A DNA stretch of 63,262 nt, the filler included, from Octopus bimaculoides (taxonomy: Eukaryota), in assembly GCF_001194135.2 (NCBI RefSeq). It is 4 parts of 4 records of this genome, joined end to end, with 100 filler letters (N's around TTAATTAATTAA, not from the genome) between each part and the next. Parts side by side here need not be neighbours in the genome. Positions count along the whole stretch, not along the records: positions 1 to 28,169 come from NC_068998.1; positions 28,270 to 48,563 come from NC_068987.1; 2 more parts are not named here. One strand, written 5' to 3'. A program made the position numbers and the translations under genes. The notes under the pieces were generated by a model. That model ran no database searches. It was not told where the DNA came from and saw only the letters and a list, made by a program, of their open reading frames with translations. This document shows positions 21,599 to 34,830 of the stretch, one piece after another (within the stretch, counting starts at the first letter, position 1; each line of letters opens with the position of its first letter).

Positions 21599-23090
21599 GA
21601 TGTGTGTGTGTGTGTTTGCTTTTCACTTGAAAACGGCTTCACCAATTACTTCCATACTTGTGATGCATGAATAATTTGACCCCAGACATATAATAGGGTC
21701 TTAATTTGATTTTTTTATATTTGTTTTATATTTATGTTTTTTATAATACTTATATTTATGTTTTTTATAATACTTATATTTATGTTTTTTATAATATTTA
21801 TAATATTGTTTTATATTTATGATTTACTTCTATAAAAAGCTTTCTCAACGTCAACTTTCAGTAGTGACGTAAAAATGGCAAAGTCTCTCACTCTATTTTA
21901 ATGTTCACTATTTGTAAACAACTGATAAATTACTGAAAGAAATAGTTACAAAGTTCACAAATTTAAATATTTGGTACAAGATACTTTTTAACGTGCTTTT
22001 ATTTATACAATTTTTTCATTCCATGTTTATCTTATTCATTGTTTGCAATGTTCTCTCTCTCTGTGTCTCACACACACACTCCAGGTTTGATTTCATTCTG
22101 AACTCGCACACTTTGTTAATTTCTGTAAAAAATTTTATTTATTTTTCTTTTTGCACGCTGTGTTCAGCTCTATGTATTCATAGTCAGTCACACACGCACA
22201 TGTGTGTTTTTGTGTGTGTGTGTGTGTGTGTGTGAGTCAAGGGGTATGTTGTCATGTATACTTACATACATAAATACATATGCATACATCTTTTTTCTAT
22301 GTATGTGTGCATGTGTGTGTATGAGAGAGAGAGAGAGTGATGTCTAAGTGGCACTATCTCTCTCTTTCTCTCTCACACACACACATACAAGAAAGATGTA
22401 TGCCTATTTATGTATGTACGTATACATGACAACACACCCTGTCACTCGCTCTCTCTCTCTCTCGCTCTCTCTCTCTCTCGCTCTCGCTCTCTCTCTCTCT
22501 CGCTCTCTCTCTCTCTCTTATACACACATATACATCCATTTCATTTGATGTTTGATACTGTATGTATATGTATCTGTGTGTGTGTGTATGCATGTGTGCG
22601 TGCAGCGTTCCACAGAAAAAAAGCAGAGGAATTTTCTTTCTTGATGCTCCTGGTGGCACAAGTAAAACATTTGTAACATTACTTCTCTCCAAGGTAAGGT
22701 AACAAAAAAGAATTGCAGTTGCTGTACCATTGTCTGGATTTGCTGTCACCATTACCCAACAGAGTTCCTTAATTCTCTTGAGCCACTTGGAACTCCTCCA
22801 CATAAACTTTTTTCCGAAGGTAGGAGTTCCAATAATGCTTCAAAGAAATTTAGATCCTCCTAAATTATGCAATGGGACAAGGTTGATAGTGAAGACATTA
22901 CCACCTAATGTGACAGAAGCTACCATCATCAAGGTATGTGCCTCTGGGGAAGAGGCTTTCATTTCAAAAATTCCAATCAAACCAACAAACATGACATTTG
23001 AGTGCAAATGAACACAATTCCCAGTGCGACTTTGCTTTGCAATGTCTATTAATAAAGCTCAAGGTCAGTGTTTGAAATCTACTGGCTTGC
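21557..23090 (+). mobile_element. Internally deleted Helitron with PIF1 helicase fragments
   Basis: 5' region matches the reverse complement of 46400-46508. Translations GIFFLDAPGGTSKTF and KVGVPIMLQRNLDPPKLCNGTRLIVK...QFPVRLCFAMSINKAQGQ are PIF1 motifs. Confidence 0.85.
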
Positions 23091-23094
23091 TTTT

Positions 23095-23590
23095 GTCTTT
23101 GACTGAGGACTGGCAAGCCAGAAGGCTGCACGAGGCTCCAATCTGAACTGGTAAGGTTTCTGCAGCTGGATGCCCTTCCTAATGCCAACCACTCTGAGAG
23201 TGTACTGGGTGCATTTTACGTGCCATTGGCACTAGCAACAATCATGCTTGAATGACGCTTTTACATACCACCAGCATGGAACCAGTCAGGTGGTACTGGC
23301 ATCAACCACGCTTGAATGGAGCTTTTTATGTGTCACTGGCACAGGTGCTAGTCAGGCGGTACTGACATCGGCCTTGACAATTATTTCGCTTGATTCAACT
23401 GGTCTTGTCAAGCACAGATTATTGCCTAATGATTGAAGGGTACTCTTAGATAGGCTGGTTATGCTGCACTGGCATAGGCCATGGTTACGGTCTCACTTGT
23501 CTTGCTTGGCCTTCTTAAGAACAGTATATCTCCAAAGGTCTTGGTTGCTTGTCATTGCCTCTGTGAGGCCTAACATTCGAAGGTATCTGG
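23095..23590 (-). mobile_element. RTE LINE 3' segment (ORF end plus UTR, tail missing)
   Basis: Homologous to 8240-8670 and 43440-43745. Confidence 0.85.
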
Positions 23591-26120
23591 TATCTTCCAT
23601 GGCATTCATGAGGGCCATGGAATTGGTTCTCAAAACAAAGAGGGAACTAGGCTATTGGAGGTCTGTGATGCAAGCAACTTATTAATCTACAACACCAACT
23701 TCAGGAAACCAGACAGCTACCTGATCAATCAGGTGACTCTGCTAGCCAGGTTGATCTCATCCTCACCAGATAGCAGAATGCATGGTTGCTCTTAAATACA
23801 AAGATCCTCCCTGGTGAAGAATGTACCCCCCAGCATAGACTAGTCATTAGTGACTTTAGACTTGAAGCCAGAAGGATGCCAAGAAGCAGACCAATCTGGA
23901 AAAGGAGGACTTGGGAGCTTAAGAACCCTTCACATGGTCAGAGATTTAGGGATATACTTACTTTTGACATAAAGGGTTACTGGAAATTCCTGCATGACAG
24001 CTTACTGAGCGCCACAGAACAAATCTGTGGCTGGTGCAAAGTCCCTTCCAGACCTAGGGTAACATGGTAGTAGAACAATACTGTAGACAGGGCCATTAGA
24101 GCAAAGAAACAGGCTTGGAAGGCCTGGAAGAGTGGGGGTAGCAGGAGAATGTATCAGATAGCCAAAAGGANNNNNNNNNNNNNNNNNNNNNNACAAATCT
24201 GTGGCTGGTGCAAAGTCCCTTCCAGACCTAGGGTAACATGGTAGTAGAACAATACTGTAGACAGGGCCATTAGAGCAAAGAAACAGGCTTGGAAGGCCTG
24301 GAAGAGTGGGGGTAGCAGGAGAATGTATCAGATAGCCAAAAGGAAAGCTAGGAGACAGGTATATATAGCCAAGAGAGTAGCAGAAAAGACGTTTGCCAAA
24401 GCTCAGTAACGTGAGGACCAAAGAACTGAGAGAAAACTGTGATGCCATAGGAGAGAAATGTGTCCGCATGGATGATGGTGCCCTTGCATTTAATGATTCA
24501 GCAAAGAAAGAGGCTTGGAGATGCCATCATGAAAGACTGCTGAATGTGGAGAATGAATGGGAGGAGGAGAGTCTGCCAAAAGTTAACCCAATTGAGGGAC
24601 CAGCTACCTGAATCGACAGTGCTCTGGTAGATGATGCAATTAAGGATATGAGGACAAGGAAAGCACCTGGCCCATCAGAAATCACCACTGAGATGCTTAA
24701 AATATCGAGCAGTGTGGGTTATGGTCTTGTCAGCCGCATCATAAATCAGGTAGTTCATGAAGGAGTCATACACAATGACTGGTATGGCTGCACTTTAGTC
24801 AACTACTACAAGGGTAAAGGTGATGCTTTAGATAGAAATAACTATAGGGGTATCAAATTATTGGATTAGGTGATGAAAGTTACCGAGAGGGTCATAGCCC
24901 AACTAATTTGGGAGAGAGTTAGCCTAGATGAGATGCAGGTTGATTTTGTGCCAGGCAGAAGCACCACTGATGCTATATTTCTGGTAAGGCAACAGCTGGA
25001 GAAATATTTAACCAAACATAAACCTCTGTACTTGGCTTTTGTTGACTTGAGGAAAGCCTTTGGCTGGGTCCCCTGATCCCTTATCTGGTGGTCAGTGTGG
25101 AAATTGGGGATAAACAAGTGGTTGGTAAGAGATGTACAAGCCATGTACAAGGATGCTGTCAGTAAGGTGAGAGTTAGCAAAGAGTATAGTGAAGAATTCT
25201 GAATAGAAGTAGGGGTTCACCAAGGATCAGTCCTCAGCCCCCTCTTATTCATTATAGTCCTCCAGGCAATAACAGAGGAATTCAAGACAGGGNNNNNNNN
25301 NNNNNNNNNNNNNNNNNNNNNNNNNNNNNNNNNNNNNNNNNNNNNNNNNNNNNNNNNNNNNNNNNNNNNNNNNNNNNNNNNNNNNNNNNNNNNNNNNNNN
25401 NNNNNNNNNNNNNNNNNNNNNNNNNNNNNNNNNNNNNNNNNNNNNNNNNNNNNNNNNNNNNNNNNNNNNNNNNNNNNNNNNNNNNNNNNNNNNNNNNNNN
25501 NNNNNNNNNNNNNNNNNATAGAAGTAGGGGTTCACCAAGGATCAGTCCTCAGCCCCCTCTTATTCATTATAGTCCTCCAGGCAATAACAGAGGAATTCAA
25601 GACAGGGTGCCCCTGGTAGCTCCTCTATGCTGATGACCTTGCTCTAGTAGCTGAGTCACTGCCAGAACTAGAGATGAAGTTTAGAGTGTGGAAGCAAGGT
25701 CTAGAATCAAAGGGCCTTAGGGTCACCCTAGCAAAAACCAAAGTCTTAAAAAGTAGGAAGACTGTCAAACCACAATCCCTTCAGGTTGATGGCCCTGCTC
25801 AATCTGTAGAAAAGGCGAAGGTAGAAACTCCATACGATGTATCTGGTGTAAGCTATGGACACATAAGAGGTGCAGCAATATCAAAGGAAGGTTAACTGAT
25901 AAAATAGTTTATGTGTGTAGCAGATGTACAGGGGCAATAAACATTGAAGATGTTCAGAAAAGAGATTCTATCACATGTCAGGGGGAGAAACTAGAAATAG
26001 TTAATAGCTTCCGCTATCTAGGTGACCAAGTCTGTAGTAGGGGTGGTTGCTCTGAGAGTGTAGCAGCTAGAATAAGAATAACCTGGGCAAAGTTCAGGGA
26101 GCTCCTACCTCTACTGGCAA
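23591..26120 (+). mobile_element. RTE LINE, endonuclease end plus RT, decayed
   Basis: PQHRLVISDF; GKAPGPS; YKGKGDALDRNNYRGIKLL; STTDAIFLVRQ...AFVDLRKAF; GVHQGSVLSPLLF; LLYADDL; FRYLG...RIRITWAKFRELLPLL. Stops, frameshifts and gaps. Confidence 0.92.
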
Positions 26121-26404
26121 GAAAGTAATCAAAACGGGACTCCAAAAGGTATTTTGAGTTCAATAAAAATCATGTTTGTTTGATAGTATATATATATACA
26201 CAGAAGGAAATATATTTAAGAATTTACAAAGAATTGTAGAGGAATAACTGACATATCTTTCTGACAAGACAGGTCAGTTATTCCTCTACAATTTTTTGTA
26301 AATTCTTAAATATATCTCTTTCTGTGTATATATATAATACCAAACAAACATGATTTTTATTGAACTCAAAATACTTTTTGGGGTCCCGTTTTGATTACTT
26401 TCTT
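26119..26404. repeat. 286-bp fold-back palindrome
   Basis: Arms of about 133 bp (aagaaagtaatcaaaacggg...gaggaataactgac / gtcagttattcctc...ttgattactttctt), 20-nt spacer, several mismatches. Confidence 0.9.
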
Positions 26405-26841
26405 AAATACTTTCTGGTAAACTGTTTTTAACATTTTCTTATTATTATCAAAGAATGTATATCTGTATTTTAATACTTTTGTGACAACCAGTACTTAACA
26501 CAAAAAAGCTCATACAAAACTTTACATTTTACTTTTGACAATCTTTTTCTAAAAAAGTGAAACCGGTTAAGTGAATAAATATCTTTAAAATTGCATTATC
26601 NNNNNNNNNNNNNNNNNNNNNNNNNNNNNNNNNNNNNNNNNNNNNNNNNNNNNNNNNNNNNNNNNNNNNNNNNNNNNNNNNNNNNNNNNNNNNNNNNNNN
26701 NNNNNNNNNNNNNNNNNNNNNNNNNNNNNNNNNNNNNNNNNNNNNNNNNNNNNNNNNNNNNNNNNNNNNNNNNNNNNNNNNNNNNNNNNNNNNNNNNNNN
26801 NNNNNNNNNNNNNNNNNNNNNNNNNNNNNNNNNNNNNNNNN

Positions 26842-27197
26842 TATATGTATGTATCTATACATGTATATATATGTATATGTGTGTATATATTTATATATAT
26901 GTGTGTGTATATATATAGGTATATGTATACCTATATATATGTCTATATGGTTGTATGTATATATGTACGTATACATATACATATACATATGCATGTATAT
27001 ATATATGCATATATATATGCATGTGTATATATATATGTATGTATATATATATATCTTTGTGTATGTATATATATGTATGTATATATTTATATATATATTT
27101 GTATATGTATATATATATATATGTGTGTATATATATGTTTACATATATATGTATATATATATATATATGTACATATGTATATATATATGTATATGTG
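26842..27197. repeat. TA/TG low-complexity microsatellite
   Basis: Direct sequence. Confidence 0.9.
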
Positions 27198-28057
27198 TAG
27201 AAGAATTGGTCCTTTTCTATTGACCAATGCTGGCTGTTGTTGTCGGAGTTTCTTATGCATTTCATCCATTTGCTGACAGTACTTCTTCGCCATAATGGTT
27301 TTGCCTGAATTTGAAAGGCTGTAATGGATGAAACCATCCGCAGACCATCAAACAGTCACCATGACCTTCTTTTGGTGCAACTTTGGCTTTGTGAAGTGCC
27401 ATGGAGCTTTGTTGGCATCTAATCATGGAGCTGAGCGTTGCTGGTTGTCGTAAAGAATCCACTTTTCATTGGAAGTCACAATCCAGTGAAGAAACGGGTC
27501 ATTCATGTTGCGTAAAAAAGGGGAAAACGACACTTCAAACGGTGTTTTTTTTTTGGTTGTCATTCAATTTGTGCAGCACCCATTTCTGAAGTATTTTTGT
27601 TTTTCCAATCTCTTTCAAGTGGTTGGAAACTGTCGTATACATTACATCTAATTCAGAAGCAAGCTCTCGAACAGTTGTGCAGGGACTGGCTTCCATTAAG
27701 GCTCTTAGTTCTTCAAGACTCTTGTCACCGCTACGAAATTTCTTGAACCACCATTGTGCTGTACATTCAATCGTAGTTCCTGGGCCAAATGCATCATTGA
27801 TATCGCAAGCTGTTTCTGCAGCTTTTCAGCCTAGCTTGAACTGGAATAAGAAAATTGTGTGAATTTGCTTTTTGTGCATGTTGTATTCAACATTCCGGAA
27901 AAAATGGCCTAATTATTCAAAAAGAAAAAGAGTAACATGATTAGACAGAGTGAAAAACCGATATTTAAGTCAAAATAATTTAAAGAAAATTAATTTGAAA
28001 ATACATCATTGAAAACCAAAATCAAAAATTCCGCAAGAACTTTCTTGACAACCTAAT
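27198..28057 (-). mobile_element. Mariner element (Hsmar1/SETMAR-like), 3' truncated
   Basis: TIR tattaggttgtcaagaaagttcttgcgg; translation KKQIHTIFLFQFKLG*KAAETACDINDAFGPGTT...WWFKKFRSGDKSLE; later [10 protein letters not shown]. Confidence 0.88.
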
Positions 28058-28213
28058 ATGTGTATATGTATATATATATGTATATATTTATGTATATATA
28101 TATATTTATATATATATTTATATATATTTATATATATTTATATATATATTTATATATATATATATATATNNNNNNNNNNNNNNNNNNNNNNNNNNNNNNN
28201 NNNNNNNNNNNNN

Positions 28214-28225
28214 TTAATTAATTAA
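28214..28225. other. Artificial TTAATTAATTAA spacer between N runs (also 48608-48619, 60201-60212)
   Basis: Identical 12-mer with stops in all six frames, flanked by Ns three times. Confidence 0.85.
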
Positions 28226-28783
28226 NNNNNNNNNNNNNNNNNNNNNNNNNNNNNNNNNNNNNNNNNNNNATATATAAGAGTTCAAGATTCCCGTGAATCA
28301 GGTACCTAAATAGTAAAGCACAAAGTTCAGGTCAAAAAACTAGCAATCATGTACAAAACAAAATTAGATGAGCATATACGTACATACTGAAGTAGAGCTG
28401 GATTAATATTCCAGTTGCATATATGATGACAAGTGCCTAGGACACACACTGCACCAGTTGTATTGTGCTTAATAGATTGAAGAAACATGCTGATTGCAGG
28501 TTTTGAGTAGGGTGAATAATAAATGAATAACAACAGATGGAAATTGGTTCATTCACTACAGCTATTTCAAACAAGTATTTTTATTGATGACTAGAGTTAT
28601 TACATCATGCAAAAAATACTTCATGTTACCTGGCTACCCAAGGATCATGAAATGGCGCATAATGTTTATTCTTGGAATGTTTTTTAAGATGATTAATTAA
28701 TGTATATTCACCTGAATAAAACAGTGTTTTTTCACATGATGTAATAACTCTATTCATCAATAAAAAGAAATTCATTTGAAACA

Positions 28784-28885
28784 GCTTTAGTTGGCCCAAG
28801 GCTATAGCAGAAAACACTTGCCTAAGGTGGCACACAGTGGAGACTAAACCTGGAACTATGTGGTTGAGAAGCAAACTTCTTATCG
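28784..28885 (-). mobile_element. SINE head fragment
   Basis: ggctatagcagaaaacacttgcctaaggtggcacacagtgg matches the family head. Confidence 0.7.
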
Positions 28886-29149
28886 CACAACCACGCCTAT
28901 ATGCACCATAATTGCCACAACAACAACAACAATAGTGATACAAACAATAACAGAGACATTGTGACCTACATGTTACGAACTGTGGTGAGGAAAGAAGAGA
29001 CAGAAAAGAAAGAACTTTATCTAAACAATAGTGTTAGTCAGTTGAAATAAAGATAAAAACAAAACTAAAGAGCTATGTTGACCCTTTTACTAAGCTAAAG
29101 TATGTTGTCAGGCCCAGAGATAAATAAGTCTTTTCAAGTGATCTTTTGA

Positions 29150-31030
29150 AATTTGTGTTATTTTTTAAATTCTTTTACAGCTCCCATACAGGGGTGGGGT
29201 GAACTGGCAGTACAATATGGACCATGTATCATAAACTTCTTCACAAGCTCATGCTTCTTCTTTGAAGGCACTAACCAGTCAATATACTCACTGTTTCTTG
29301 TTTTGATTTCATCTCTTAAAATTATAAATATATGACAGTGCACAGCAAGCCTCAGTTTTGAAATTCTATAACATGTACATGAACTACTGGTAGTCAAGAA
29401 CATGTCTTTCCCTGATATCAGTTAGATGTACTGGGGAGATGAGCCTTGTACATTCTTACAACTAAACTGGGGTAATTTTCAAGAGTTTCATTGGATTGTA
29501 AGTTATTTACAATTTCTGCACATGTTCAGTTGCATGTGTAAGTCAGGAACAGATCAGATTTACCAAATCAAATTATACTGTGGCTATGACATCTCTGAAA
29601 TGCTGATGCATATTATGTGGGCTTCCTATAAAGGTGGCACTTTAGGCTCCGAATCCCTGTTTCTATCTCTGATGTAATCCATTAGTCCATTGTACAGCTC
29701 AACATGGAGTTGTGGTTGATTATTTTTGATAAAGTGCAAATGGCAGCCTTCCATTTCACCCAAGTGCCTACCAAAAACTGATGGAAAAGTTTGCCTGTTT
29801 TGTGAACGATGTTGAATCCTTCTCAAATGGTAAGACAATAGCTATAGAATTCCGGCAAAGTTACTTTGTTTCTAAGGAGTGTTCTGTATTCTTCAGCATG
29901 ATAAATCTCACCATGTGTAAAGACCAGCGGATGGGACATTGGATTTAAATGGCAAGACAAATACAAAAATGCCTGTCTGGAATATACAACAATATCCCAT
30001 TCATAAGGAGAATCTCCATTCAGCAACATTTTCATTATACAAAGGGAAGTTGAACCATGTCTGGAGGGGAGTTCAATTTTACAAAGGGGGGCATTTTCTC
30101 TCTGAGCTCTTTCCTCTTGTTACTGTTCCATTCTATGCATGTTTTTGTATGCTTCAATATATGGGTTGTTCTGTTCCATCAAGCCCTAAATTATGTTCAT
30201 AACATTAAGTAAGTAGTGTGAATTTTGAGGAGCTTCCATTCAATGCTGCAATATTACATGTACATGTACATCATCGTCGTCATCATCATTTAACGTTCGC
30301 TTTCCATGCTGAGGTCATTCATCTGCAGCATGTAAGAAGGATATGTTGTAGCACGTTTGTCTTTGAATTTTGAAACAATAAAAACTATGTCATCTAGGCA
30401 CAACAATGTAAGCTTCAAATGACACAAAAGAAAAGGTGAAATTGTAATTTTGTATGTTATGAAACGAAGTTGCCTCATCATCATTTCTGTTAAATGGTAT
30501 CTTCAGTTCATTTGGATAAGACTGCAATGGTGGAAGGTTTACTTTTCCATTCTGACATGTTAGAGCTTCAATGGGAAATCGAAGAACACTGCAGTATATA
30601 CAATAGACATTCATTTCCCCAATGTTAAATGGTTCAACCTGTTGATGCTGAGCAATATCGATTTCTCTTCCATGTCTTCTTTGTTGTTGCAGTCTCCTTT
30701 GAAAATTAAGGTAATTTACTCTTTGATTGTCTTCTATATAATTTTTTCTTTGTCAATCATGTTCTCTATGTTGTAGATAATGTGTTCCATTTTCTTCTTT
30801 CATTTCAGTTTTATGTTGAATTCTATCTCTTTGTTGTAAGTAATACACATGCTCTTCATTGCAGCTCACATTTGTTGGGCTTGCTCTCTTTTGTGCTGTA
30901 ATACTCACACTCTTTTCCATTCATTGCACGGTCTCTATTGCTCTGCTGGTTGAGGTAATGAACATGCTCATCTTCAGCCATATCGTCTCTTCTTCTTTGA
31001 TGTCTCCTTAGTTGTTCTTGAGAGTGTGAG
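29150..31030 (-). mobile_element. Old Helitron Rep-domain remnant
   Basis: CQNGKVNLPPLQSYPNEL...IQNYNFTFSFVSFEA...YCFKIQ; DSPYEWDIVVY...NPMSHPLVFTHGE; HELVKKFMIHGP...HPCM. These are in colinear Helitron Rep order. Confidence 0.8.
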
Positions 31031-31431
31031 CTTGCTCCTCCTGATGAAGAAAATGTGTAGTAATATCCACCAAGGCCAACTTTGCTTTCAATCCTTTTGG
31101 GGTTGACAAAATAAGCACCAGTTAAGCATTGGGGTGAAGTAATCAATTAAGCCCCCAACACCCAAACTTGCTAGCCTTGTGCCAAAATTTGTAACCAATA
31201 CATGAAGAAAAATATTTTGATTAATTCAGAGAAAATAGTTTCTAGTAGTATAAATTTCAGTAGAATGAATTTGTTTGAAAAGAAAAACAAAATGCATAAC
31301 AGAAAAATAAGCAGTTTGTCAGTTTAATGTTATTTAATAAATGCATAAATTTTTATTCAAATACAAGAGAAGATTAGCTACATATTAAGCACTACATGTA
31401 CAACTCATCTTATTGTCACATTTATATTTAA

Positions 31432-32814
31432 CTAGCAGAAATACCCGGCGTTGCCCGGGTTAAAGAGAATAATGAAATCTAAAAACGCCGTCTAGACTAC
31501 GCATCATCTTTATATATAGAGATGTATATACACACACGCACCCAAACACACGTATATATATGAATATCAATATAAATATATGAAAGTCAATGAAGTTTCG
31601 TAAAAGAAGGTGATCATGTACATACTTTCTTGCTGTTGTGATTATAACACCTCATTGTAAACTATGTTCCTTGTTTTCCCTTGTGGAGCATATACAAATA
31701 GGTTTTTTGTNNNNNNNNNNNNNNNNNNNNNNNNNNNNNNNNNNNNNNNNNNNNNNNNNNNNNNNNNNNNNNNNNNNNNNNNNNNNNNNNNNNNNNNNNN
31801 NNNNNNNNNNNNNNNNNNNNNNNNNNNNNNNNNNNNNNNNNNNNNNNNNNNNNNNNNNNNNNNNNNNNNNNNNNNNNNNNNNNNNNNNNNNNNNNNNNNN
31901 NNNNNNNNNNNNNNNNNNNNNNNNNNNNNNNNNNNNNNNNNNNNNNNNNNNNNNNNNNNNNNNNNNNNNNNNNNNNNNNNNNNNNNNNNNNNNNNNNNNN
32001 NNNNNNNNNNNNNNNNNNNNNNNNNNNNNNNNNNNNNNNNNNNNNNNNNNNNNNNNNNNNNNNNNNNNNNNNNNNNNNNNNNNNNNNNNNNNNNNNNNNN
32101 NNNNNNNNNNNNNNNNNNNNNNNNNNNNNNNNNNNNNNNNNNNNNNNNNNNNNNNNNNNNNNNNNNNNNNNNNNNNNNNNNNNNNNNNNNNNNNNNNNNN
32201 NNNNNNNNNNNNNNNNNNNNNNNNNNNNNNNNNNNNNNNNNNNNNNNNNNNNNNNNNNNNNNNNNNNNNNNNNNNNNNNNNNNNNNNNNNNNNNNNNNNN
32301 NNNNNNNNNNNNNNNNNNNNNNNNNNNNNNNNNNNNNNNNNNNNNNNNNNNNNNNNNNNNNNNNNNNNNNNNNNNNNNNNNNNNNNNNNNNNNNNNNNNN
32401 NNNNNNNNNNNNNNNNNNNNNNNNNNNNNNNNNNNNNNNNNNNNNNNNNNNNNNNNNNNNNNNNNNNNNNNNNNNNNNNNNNNNNNNNNNNNNNNNNNNN
32501 NNNNNNNNNNNNNNNNNNNNNNNNNNNNNNNNNNNNNNNNNNNNNNNNNNNNNNNNNNNNNNNNNNNNNNNNNNNNNNNNNNNNNNNNNNNGGAATAGTT
32601 TCATTTTTAAAGTGAAAGTATTTGACATGAGTGTTTTTGTTTCACTTTTGACACGTAATACTTAAATAGTGGAGGAGATATTATGTTGCCGTGTGCTTAA
32701 CTCTGCAAGAAGTTAATAATTTTTTTTGACTAAAACACAACTGGAACCCTAAGTAAGGCATGTGTAAAATTTGAATGAAATTGGTTGCATAGTTCTCGAG
32801 TTTTAGGGATTCAC

Positions 32815-32849
<35 letters not shown>

Positions 32850-32875
32850 CACATTCTCATTTATATATATATAGA
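31432..32875 (-). mobile_element. Non-autonomous Helitron with intact termini (interior gapped)
   Basis: On minus: A|TC start at 32875, (TGTC)n, subterminal hairpin cccgggcaacgccggg, CTAG|T end at 31432. Confidence 0.85.
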
Positions 32876-33329
32876 TTATTTCTTTGCAAAAAATATTCCT
32901 TATCATTCTTTCTCTTGTTAGCTCATGTCATCTATCATTGTCCATATTTTATAAACAAATATGTTTCAATTGAGCAGACGATAATTAATTGCGCTAAATC
33001 ACATACATTAAATGAGGGAATTTAAAAACATAAAAATATATATAAAATAACCCCACATTTTGCTATCCAGCCACCCCCAAGGCTCAGTCCAAGTTTATCA
33101 ATTAAGATTATTTACATTTCTTTTCATTTCCTTTTAGTTCTTTGTTCATTTAATAATATATCTCTCTATCTGCATATTTATTGATATAATATCTGCATAC
33201 TCACCTAACTACCAATCTATCTATCTATCTATCAAAATGTCTATCATTCTATCTAATTAACTATCATATCTACTTCCCCTTCAACCAATGCATGTATTCG
33301 TGTACCTTCATAATACTGATAAGCATTTA

Positions 33330-34830
33330 AACCTAAAAACAAAAAAAAGCTTGTGCTTCTTGGCTTGGCTTCATGCTCTTGCTTGATGAGGCTGGGGCCA
33401 TTCCAAGTTAGTGGTTCCAGAGACATCATCATGTATAGAAACAATCAGGTCCACTAGTGCTCTCCATCACTGACGGTCCTACATCCTCCAAGGTGACATC
33501 AAGCATCTGGAGATCTTCCTCAATTAATCCAACCATCTGGTGCAGGGCCTGCCCTGAGGTCTCTTCCAGCCTGCAGCTACTGTGCTGAATGAGAGTAAAG
33601 ACCTAGTAGGATGATATAACAAGAGATGGACGACAAGTCCATACCAGAACATGCAACGGTTAGCTATGATGTGGGAGGATGTGGACTGATGCATGGGTGC
33701 ACACAGTTCTTTTATGGAAATGTGATGGAACCATTTAATGTCCTTGATGGTTCTCATGGCTCTATTATAGAAGCAGTCAGTCCTCTTTGTCAGAGTCTTT
33801 GAGAGGGGCCACAGTTCTGCTCCATAGAGGAGAATGGAGAGGGCCAATGCATTGTAGATGCATTGTCTTCTGGGATATAGAGCAGTGGTGCAAGAGGGGC
33901 TTCCAAAGGGGATAGTGGGGACATGATGCCAGCAGCCAGACCACATCTGTGGTTGATCTCTGAGGTTAGGTCTTCATTGTTGGTGATTGCAGAGCCCAGG
34001 TAGATGAATGGGCTGACAAACTCCATGACATCAGGGCCAATATGGAGAAAGGGAGGGTCTAGGCCATCTCTGACATGCATCAACTTGGTTTTCCTCCAAC
34101 TTACCTGAAGGCCAATTTTTGCCAATTCTTCTCTGTAAATGGTCAGTGCATCTCTAAGTTGGTCAATCAAGTTGCTGAATAGGGTGATATCATCCACATA
34201 CTTCAGGTAAGTAAGGTGGTAGTTCCCGAGGGTAACACCACAGACCTTGGTCATCAGATAATTGATGACACAGCTGAAGAGATCAGGGATGGCTATGCAG
34301 CCCTGTCTAACCCTGATGTTGATGGAGAACCAGTCAGAATCCTTCCCATTAATCCACGCACAGCTCTTGGCACTGCTATAGAGTAATTGGAATAGGGCAG
34401 AGATCTCGGAGGCACACCGACAAGCTTGAGAATTTTCTAGAGGGATGCAAGGTCGACCTTGTCAAAAGCTGTCTTGAGGTTGATGAAGGTGGTGCAGAAG
34501 TGGCAATATTTGCTGAACTCCTGAGATCTTTCAATGATGAGAGGAAGGGCAAAAATATGGTTGGTGATAAACTGATTTGACACGAATCCAGCTTGTTGTG
34601 GGCAATGTCTGCTTCTAATGGCAGGAAGAGCATGGTTGAGGAGAATCCAGGTGAAGAGCTTGCCTGGGATGGAAGAGGGTGATGCCCCTGTGGTTACTGC
34701 AGAGTTTGTTGCCCTTCCATTTCCAGAAGGGAAGGATGATGCCTCAGGTCCAGTTATTTGGGAGTCGCTCTGACACCCATATGTAGTTGATGATGCAAGT
34801 GAGGGATCTTTCAAGACAGCCCTGGTGAAG
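33330..34830 (-). mobile_element. RTE-clade LINE (second family), RT remnant
   Basis: SIPGKLF...QQAGF...FINLKTAFDKVD; VRQGCIAIPDLF; LKYVDDI; FIYLGS; LLYGAELW...GRPCTRWLD. Confidence 0.88.

Noticed and set aside
24014-24350. About 155-bp direct duplication inside the RTE
   Set aside because: Identical copies on either side of an N run; most likely an unmerged contig overlap.
25199-25610. About 90-bp direct duplication inside the RTE RT
   Set aside because: Same gap-flanking pattern; assembly artefact.
29140-29165. gatcttttgaaatttgtgtt (SFEICV) as the start of selenoprotein exon 3
   Set aside because: No AG at the required position and a stop follows within three codons.
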